From Macrostomum lignano (lineage: Eukaryota), in the NCBI GenBank assembly GCA_002269645.1, contig NIVC01000249.1, positions 124,001-188,000 of the forward strand: a DNA stretch of 64,000 nucleotides, in the 5' to 3' direction. Shown in pieces: positions 55,684 to 64,000 of this stretch (the first letter of the stretch is position 1; each line of letters opens with the position of its first letter). Made by a program: the position numbers and the translations under genes. The notes beneath the pieces are model-generated. The model did no database searches. It was not told where the DNA came from and was given only the letters and a program-made list of their open reading frames with translations.

Positions 55684-57436
55684 ATGGCAACCATTGCAAT
55701 TCCGAAAACGGTCACCTCAAAAAAGGGAAATCTGTCCATCGTATCTGAGAACCTAAAGGCGAGACATGTTCTAAAGAAGCACAGGCGACACCTGGGTCGA
55801 CGGTTAAGTTCCAGTGTCGACAGCGCAGATCAGTCAGAGGGAACCTTCTCCGCCATCACGGTGGACGAGTTGGCTAGTACAGTGCTAAACTTCGGTTCCA
55901 AAGGAAACGAATCAGTATGCTTGGACATACAACAGATGACGTCAACATCCAGCCAAGAGCCAAAAGTTGTCCGACCTGGATTCTCCGCCCGACGTTACCT
56001 GGCCTCCTGGACCAAAACCTTGGACGAGGACACGGTGAACACATGGCTAAGCCTGGGAAAGCTATCGGAGAAGACCATCTTCCAGACCAACGCTTTCCTG
56101 CCCCATCTCAAGAAACGTGCAAACGACAACCTCAGCGAGTACCCGGCACCATACCGAATCGTGAAACAGATGCTGATTGCACCGGGGCCGCTTAACGAGT
56201 ACTCTTTTATTTGGAGTAAGAAAGAGGTGTCCGGTGAGTTTTCTGCAATGTTTTTATAATGCTCTTTTTCTTGAATTTGCTGCACCTACATGCATTCACT
56301 TTCCCACCCCTTAAAGATGACGGTCTCAGCCGAGGCGACATCCAGGTGTTTTCGGAAGACAAAGCGGAGCTTGTGAAGTACTCTGAGCTAGACAAAGAGA
56401 CGCAAAAAGGGATTCTATCAAAACTACTGGTAAAGTCGGCGCTCAACTACGGCTTATCTCGAGCACAGGTACCAGTTGCTTCTCTCGCATTTGCGCATTA
56501 ATCAACAAGACTAATTTCAAGTTTTTTATATCGAAGCACAGTTCAGGAAAACAGATTATTTAAAAAAATATTTTATTGAAAGTGAGTTTTCTACTAGAAC
56601 TCTACGATGTTTTTACATGCGTCCACTGAGCTTGTGCTCTCTTCTTCCAACCCACCGTCCAGGAAGCGAAAGCCTCTGAGTCCGGCGAAGGCCCAGCCGA
56701 CGCCTCTTCAGGTGAAGGCCCCTTCGACATGGTGCACGCGGTCCGCAGCCTGCTGGATCGTGACACAAACGCGCTACGCGAAGAGGGGGACAGCGGCGCC
56801 GGTGGAGTCACAAGGGAAGAGTTCTCGCCAGAGGACGAACGAATTTTCGAAAGGATTCGTCAAAAGCGTCTGCAGGATAAAAACGTGCGCCGGCAACGAA
56901 TACTGCAGCAGCGGGCAAGGCGCTCCGGCGCTGGTGGAGGCGGCAGTCTTGCCATGCAAGGCGAGCACTTTGGTCCGGAATTCGAACCCCCTGACTGGGA
57001 GCGACCGGCGAGGCCGGACGACGGCAGAGGTGGGTTTCTACCACCACTAGTAGAAGACCAGCCGCCGATGGCCACTAGAGGTCTTCGGACTGGCGATCAT
57101 GAAGACGGTGGATCCGGACGGAGGCCGAAACTTCCTCGGTTGGCGGTGTCGCTTGATGCGACAGCAAGTATCGACAGCGGTGAAGAAGATGCTGAGGGCG
57201 ACACAACTCGCAGGGAGGCAGCCGACCGAGTGATGGAGCTGCCATTCGAAGGTCCAGGTAAGAGTGCAATTGATAAAAGTGCCCACGCCTCTTTTAGAAT
57301 TCAAAGCGAGTTTTCGAATCTTTGGAATGTAAAAACGTGCAGCCCGCAGTGGTCCTCAGCTGTTTGGCAGCATGCCAAGAGCACGCGGTGTGTGGGGCAA
57401 TTTTTCTCAGCGAAGAAGGCCTCAACAGTCGCCTTT

Positions 57437-57493
<57 letters not shown>

Positions 57494-57699
57494 AGAGCAG
57501 CAGCAGAAAGCAGGTATGCTTTTATCTAAAAGTATTCGTAACTACAACTTATGGAATCACTTTCGACGTCAAAGTGTAACCTAACCGAAACCAACATTCT
57601 TTCTCAGACTCTGGTCGAGGTGTTCAGCCGAAAACGGCGGATTTGTTCCTTGGAACAGAGCCGGAATCGCGAGTCTCAACTGCCGATGGTGGGTTCTAA
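55684..57699 (+). CDS. Uncharacterised protein (~519 aa) with acidic/Gly-rich middle and a C-terminal polyQ tract
   Basis: In-phase exons 55684-56233, 56317-56468, 56663-57257, 57343-57513, 57608-57699; four short (~85-195 nt) GT-AG introns. No family recognised. Confidence 0.75.
57438..57506 (+). repeat. (CAG)n coding triplet repeat (Q19-E-Q3)
   Basis: Lies in exon 4 of the 55684-57699 gene, in the Gln frame. Confidence 0.85.
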
Positions 57700-59929
57700 A
57701 TGCACTGTGCATGCCGCCAATGCTCTATCTATAGCGTATATGAGTAGATAGAGTAGCTGAGAGTTGCTAAGGCGAGCGCTGCGGGGTGTTTTACCGCCTC
57801 CATAGTCTCCAAAAAAAATTCGAATCTTCTTCTGTACAAGAGCTTCACATAAGCCCTTTCTTCTGCTTTACCTTTGACCAGGTGTGCGCCTGAGCAACAC
57901 AGACCTGTTTCCTTTCAACTGTTGTACCTTTTGCAGCCATGTTTATCTTTTTTTCCGATTGTCCAGCCTCTCTACCATACACAGCGGCCCTACCGCCACC
58001 CTGCTGCCTCTCTTTCAGTGCTCCGAGACAGCGATGGCACAGAGCCATGCTTAGGCTTTGCGGACTCCCAGCGGCTTCTTATAGTGCGGAATAATTTTTT
58101 TAATTGTCTGTTTCAGTCTATTTCTCTCACTCTGCATCTGTGCTCACTAGCCTATATTTCATCCACGGACTGGGTGAGCACGAATGCGTCTCAATATACG
58201 CATAGATTTCTGCTCATAGATAATTTTCTATTTTTAAGCATCTTCTAGGCTCTACGACTGCTGCTCCATTGGCGCCGCGCAGGCATTAATATAGTAAATA
58301 GAATTTGAGAGACAATCTCATGTTAATGTTCCAGCTGTAAAATACCATACAAGAGCCAAGCGGTGATGGCTATCGGACGTCATTGGGCGTGTAGAATTCC
58401 CGTTCTCCTTCCAGGCATCAAATATGCATGAAACGACTTGATTACACCTTCACTCTCTCGGCACGGTCCCTTTGTCCTCTTTTCCAGTTTTCGGTCTTTC
58501 TGCCCATCCCCTCATGACACGGGAGCACTTCCACTGCAGCTAAGTTTGACCGCAAGGGTCAGTCAAAGTTGAAGAACAAAAGGGCAGTGCAAAGAGAAGG
58601 GGAGCGGTTGAAACGCTTCTTTTTTCTTCAAATCTACAAAAAAGAAGCCGGTGCTCTTAGTTGAAATCGATCCTTCTGAATCTTCTGGAAAGTGTGGTTG
58701 CACTCTTACGTTAGTGTCGCTCAACACATTATATCAACCGTCCTAAAACACTGTCAATCAGCCGTCGCATATGAATTTAATATATTTGACGGACTTAAAA
58801 TACAGGATTCAGCACGCTTTAGCGCTGCAACAAAAAGCCGGCAAATAAGAAGGACGAAGGGATTAAAAAACCGGGATAAAAGATTACGGTTTACCTCCCC
58901 CTAAGCACTATTGTCAAGTGTGTTGCTAGCCGTATGTATAAGCAGTTTAATCTCACAAACCCAGTCACTAAGAGTGCGCCCCTTTCAGCATCCCTTCCCC
59001 ATCTTCCTGGTTACGGCACGCGCGCCAAGGCCCTGTGGCGCCATCCACCTCCCCCTCAGACTGATCAGTCCGCAAAGGGATTTCCTTCCCAACTGCGTTA
59101 TTTTTCTTCTTTCCTTCCTTTTTTAGCATGGATAAAGTGGCCCACTATACAATCTCAGCAATCAGAATTTAGGCTGAGCTGAGAGGCTCCTTGAGTCTGT
59201 GAGTTGATCATTCCTGTCATGGCGAAAACCGCTTTGCTGGATGCTGTATTGCATATTGAAACAAATTTCGCTGTTGACTTGTTGGCTCTCCTGTCCTGCG
59301 CTTTGTTTTATTATTTTAATATTCATCGATTGCTTCCATTATTCAATTCAGTCGATGCGCCCGCACGGTAGCTTAGCAAATCGCGTTATTAACGACAAGT
59401 AAAAAGTTTGTTAATGCCGAGGAATCTTTCTGAAGTGAATTAAGCCACGGGACAGGTGTGTTTACCGGCGGCAAACATTGAGAACAGGTTCTCACGAGAA
59501 GGGAAAGGGCGATGGTAGACTTCTTGAACACACACAAGAAGCCAATCGGAGCATTGATGAAGCTGCACGATAGAGAGGCTGAAGGAGGCTGAGGAAGACT
59601 CTTCTGTTTGGTTTGCTTCTGCAGAACGGCGCTCCTGCGTGATTTGCTTGAAAACTCGAAAAAGCAAAGTCAAGCAGAGCTCTCTTACTCGAAAATCAGA
59701 AAGTCTTATGAGGAGTTTGATCTTTTTTGGGTGTAAATCGAGTGCAGAGTTGCAAGGAGCATGCACTGATGCTTAGTCTTACGTTTTAGTACTTTTACTG
59801 CCAAGCAAAACTTTTCTATGAAAAATGCATCTGAATGCTATCGCAAATGCTTTCTTTGCTGTATGCGAAAGCGTACCTGTCGCTGCTTACCTGTCGCTAT
59901 TGCTATTTCTCGCAAACTTGCAATTACAG

Positions 59930-62900
59930 AGGACGCCTCCACCGATTCAAACGATCTGGCAAGCGTTCGCCTGAAAACACGGAAAACGCGTCAGGGTGAG
60001 CAAACTCAAATTCTACTTCTGTTGGCTAAACTCCCAGCCTGTCTATTGACTCGCATTGGTCATGTTTTACCTGTTTTTCACCTATTGGATTCATTTTCAA
60101 CCTTGCAGATGCAAGAAACCTGAGAGCGCGATCGCCTGTAAAGCGAGGTAGGAACTCGGAGCTCAAATGTCATGAACAACCTTTACTTCATTCCTTCATT
60201 CCTTTATATCATTCAAGCACAACATGTTGGTGTGAACCTACATATAATAAATGTATATGCCGTTGTTGAGTGAACATCTAACAGTATTAACTGCAGTATT
60301 GAGACAATTATTAAGAATTTTGTAGTAATCAGGATTCAAGCGAGTTATTGTCAAACTCTGAGTAAAACAGCCGTTCGCACCATCATCAAAGCCATTTACT
60401 TTTGTTACCTGATTTGAAGGCTTGCTTGAATTGGAGTCGAAAAGGAGCTCACACCAACTAGTTTTACTTAACACCGAGTGTGCCTACCACCACTTATTAA
60501 TTACTTATTAAAAGTTACGACTCATATTGAGAGTACTACATACCAAATAATAATCAGTTACACCTTATATATTGACTCCGGATGAATCACGCACAGAGTT
60601 CAACCTGAAAGGAGGCGACTTCGATGCCACCGAGTTCCTTGTGGCGCACAAGGCAGCGGACGGCCCGCTGTCGGACGGTCCCTCAAGAGCCTCCTCACCG
60701 CCGAGCCCGCGAACCCTCCAATCGGAGAGAGACGAGGCTGAGGCGGCGGGGCAGGCGGATGAGGAGGGCAGGACCTGCAGCTTGGGGGCAAGGGGTTGAT
60801 TGCCCCAGCGCACGCTGGCCCGGGTAAGGCCAGGATCGATAAGCATGCACCAGCGGCGTGCGCCCAAATTAAGCCCTAATGTACACTAAGGCTCGCCTGC
60901 CGAAGTTTTCTTCCCTCAACGCGGCCCACGATTGGCTGCTGAAGTTCTAACATTACAAAGCTTACGAATTTACTAGTATGGAGAGTTCACAGCTTCTACT
61001 ATCTAACCTGTGTCTTATGTGTCTTAGCATACTCGTAAGTGCCGCATTGCCGCGCACAAAGCAGACATGGCAAAGCATAGAATAGCATAGAAGCGTATAA
61101 CAGCGACTTAACCTTGATTCACGCGCTTCTATTGAACAGTGCAGTGGCTTTGTTTTCGCATTTTTGTAGATTAGTAGAAGCTTGAAGCTGACAGCTATTC
61201 ATGTCTCATCCCATTTTTTGGCAGATTGTCAGCGACTGACTATTGTGTATGATTGGTCTGATTTTGCGTTTGTTTTTAAATGGAAATTTGATTTGATTTC
61301 CATTCGTCAGAAAACAATAACGGCATTCATAGCTTTTTGATTTGTAGATCAAAAGTACAGCGCTGACTATTTTGCCGCTATAACATAGAAGCAATAGAGT
61401 GATTAGCAACATCAGCTACTACAAGTAGACGAAATGCAAATTTTTTATTTCACTATTTCACGCCCATGCAGGTGGGGAGCAAATCGACGTGGCGGCGTTG
61501 AGCCAGGACCAGCTGATGTCGGTGCTGACCCAGCACGCCGAGGACGTTGCCGAGAATGTCCTCAAGAAACCCAGAGGGCCGGGCAGGATATCGCAGAGGA
61601 TGTGCAGGTGAGAATCGGTCCTAAGTTGTACTTTAACCGGTGCTTTTTCTATTTGATTTCTAATTTTACATGACTAAAATTGGGTAAGTAGTATGCTAGT
61701 AGAGATAACACTTTAGTGAAAATTACCGTCGCCAATTTCAAGACTTTCATAAATATGAATCTGAACCATGTTCATTCAGGTTGCCTACCGATTGTGGCAG
61801 CGAAATCTACGTCAGCAGTTTCGCCGAAAAGCTGATAATAGAATGCAGCCAGTGCGTAACTGCTGCTGCATCTGGCTCTATATTGCTTTCAGTTCCTCTT
61901 TGCGCACGTCTTGTCTTGTCCACCTGTCTGTCACTGTATATTTTGTTGCGTTCACTAATTATCCTTTTAGTTGCAATAGAAAACTGCACTTTTGTTTTTC
62001 TGTTTCTGGAGTTTTCATTCAAGGTTGGTGTTTTATTTTTAAGTAAACTAACTGCTTCGATTTCTTCTATCTTTCCTATCTTCATTTGTATGAGCATTCA
62101 GCTTCAGTTTTCACTTTCGCAACAAAAAATCCGAAAAAATAGGATTACTTAAATAATTCTACTTAAGGTACTTAAGGTTCGTGCCAAACTGCACTTGATG
62201 CTCGGACTCTCATCGAGTCCATCCACCTGAATGCCACCAAATCCCAATTCTCATCGGGTCCTCAAACGCCTGAAACAACTTTGCAGAATGCCATTGCGGA
62301 CCTCATGACGCAGCGGGCCATCAGCATCCCGTCTCAGCAGCGACGCCGCGCCGGAGGCGGACAGGCCGGCAACGCCGCGACCATCCGACCAAGTCGTCGG
62401 GCCCGAGAAGCTGCCGCGGCCGCTGCCGCTGCGGCAACCGCCACCGAAAAGGCGACGCTCGGTAGCGGAGTCGACGGCGTTGGCGTTGGCGGTCAGGTTC
62501 CGGAAGACGACTCCCATGGAAAAGCCTCGGAGGCGGCTGCCGGCGACGCATCGGCTGCTGGCGAGGAGCGCGAGCTCGGTAGCCTAACTGAAGAGGATGG
62601 CGATGATGAGGCCTATGACGAGGAAGCGGAGGCTGATGAGGAGCTGAGAGCTCAAGAAGAGGAGGCCGAATTCAAAGATGCCATCAAGACGGCCCTGATA
62701 TCGGCCAGTGAGTTTTACTTCAGTCACATTAGATTGGCATTTAGTAGTCACCGCTTTTTTATGTGGATGAAAAAAATTTACACGATTGCAGTTACCAAGA
62801 CTGCTGGCGACACGGATGCATCGGACTCCGGTGCCAACGAAGACATTGAGATGCCAGACGAAATTTTAGAGATGCTGGCCGCTCCCGGCTCGAGCGGCCT

Positions 62901-63910
62901 GCAGCCGACCGATCTGGTAGTGGTGATCGACCCGCAGACCGGGCGCCGGGTGATCAGCACCAAGGAGCGGCTGGTGCAGCAGGCGATGGCCGACGCCCAG
63001 GCCGATCCCGAGGCGGCGCTGGCGCAGATGCAGGCCACAGCCAGTCAGTCGCAGCTGTCTCCGCTGTCTCCTAGTCAGCAGCAGGAGCAGAAAACTTCTG
63101 GCGGCGAAAAATCTGAGAAGCAGGCCAAGCCAAAAGAAGCCTTTAGAGTTCGTGAGTGCAGCTTATCTATTTTACGAGTGCTTGACTTCGATTCCATATT
63201 TTGGGGACAGACACGAGAACTATACTTGATTCGAGTCATTGGGATAAATACAAATGCATCCTTTGAATTCACTCCACAGTATCCTTAAAAACCGAATGCT
63301 GTCTAATTTTAGCCCGAGTCGTGCACAAAGACAGCGTACAGTCAGTCTTCACTGGAGGCGTTAGCCGCGAAGGTAAGTCCGCCTTATATTTATTTATACC
63401 AAATTTCCGCTTTTGAGAGCACCTCTGCCCAATATCTTCATGAATTCTCTTCAGCATCAAACGTAGAGGAACTAACTCTGCCGCGGATACCGTCGAACTT
63501 AGTCAGGGCTGGTGAGTTGGAAAATCGCGGGATACCTTTCTAGTTTGAGCATTTCTGTACTGAAAACGCAACATGGCAACTCGAACATTTCCAATCACCA
63601 GCAGCCGCGGAAGCAGCTGCAGAGCCTGGCAGAAAGGCCGATGCCAAGACCCGCCGACTCAAGCCGTCTAAGAAGAAGCCAGCAAAACAGGCGCCAGCTG
63701 CGGCGGCTGAGGCGCCCAAAGTATCGGAGGACAAGAAGACTGGCAAGAAGAAGGCCGCAGGCAAGAAAGCTGCCGCCGCGGCCGCTGCCGCTGCCAGTCA
63801 GAAAGAGTCCATCGCCGAGGGCCCTGTTCAACAAGAAGTGGAGGCTGAGGCGCGTCCGGAGGAAGAGATGAGCTTCGTTAGAGTTGAAGAGTACTTTTCA
63901 GACGAAGATG
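59930..63910 (+). CDS. Partial gene for a low-complexity acidic / Lys-Ala-rich protein; 5' and 3' ends not defined
   Basis: Exons 59930-59995, 60109-60147, 60558-60794 (or 60823), 61472-61607, 61780-~61855, ~62177/62287-62707, 62792-63151, 63280-63372, 63455-63511, 63602-63910, mostly phase 1-1. The 60794/60823 donor and the 61855-62287 junction are unresolved. Confidence 0.6.
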
Positions 63911-64000
63911 GTGAGCATGTTCGAATCGTTACATCTCAAAGTAAAGTTGGTTCGATGAGCCAATTTAAAGCTTTTCGAAAGTCTCTGAGAATTCGTTGCG

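Noticed and set aside
59440-60474. Minus-strand ORFs 59440-59766 and 60238-60474
   Set aside because: No recognisable motifs or consistent exon chain, and the neighbouring plus-strand exons have better splice support.

Overview
Eukaryotic (animal) genomic DNA with GC-rich exons and introns packed with micro- and minisatellites. This style resembles a Macrostomum-type flatworm assembly, which is an inference only. I assembled gene models by hand from GT-AG sites and exon phase. Minus strand, right to left: (1) a 17-exon ClC-2-like chloride channel (53726-42068, ~1020 aa) whose gating-glutamate motif GKEGP reads GMLGP; (2) a 2-exon divergent actin (39690-38470, 380 aa) lacking the equivalents of Q137, H161 and H73; (3) an 11-exon uncharacterised coiled-coil gene (35847-30134, ~552 aa); (4) a giant Fat1-3/kugelei-type cadherin (ATG 28281, 9 exons, >=2565 aa down to 1576, probably continuing past the window start, with a candidate 21-nt microexon at 594-614). 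Plus strand: (5) a 5-exon orphan polyQ protein (55684-57699, ~519 aa); (6) an incomplete acidic/Lys-Ala-rich gene (at least 59930 to beyond 63910). Non-coding content includes about 35 tandem arrays, two copies of a tRNA-headed SINE, a TA-flanked MITE candidate, and an inverted pair of a minisatellite-bearing element (1-342 and 40134-40925). There is no CRISPR array, rRNA or intact tRNA. Most ORFs in the supplied track are repeat-derived or antisense shadows. No database searches were run; family calls rest on motif recognition.
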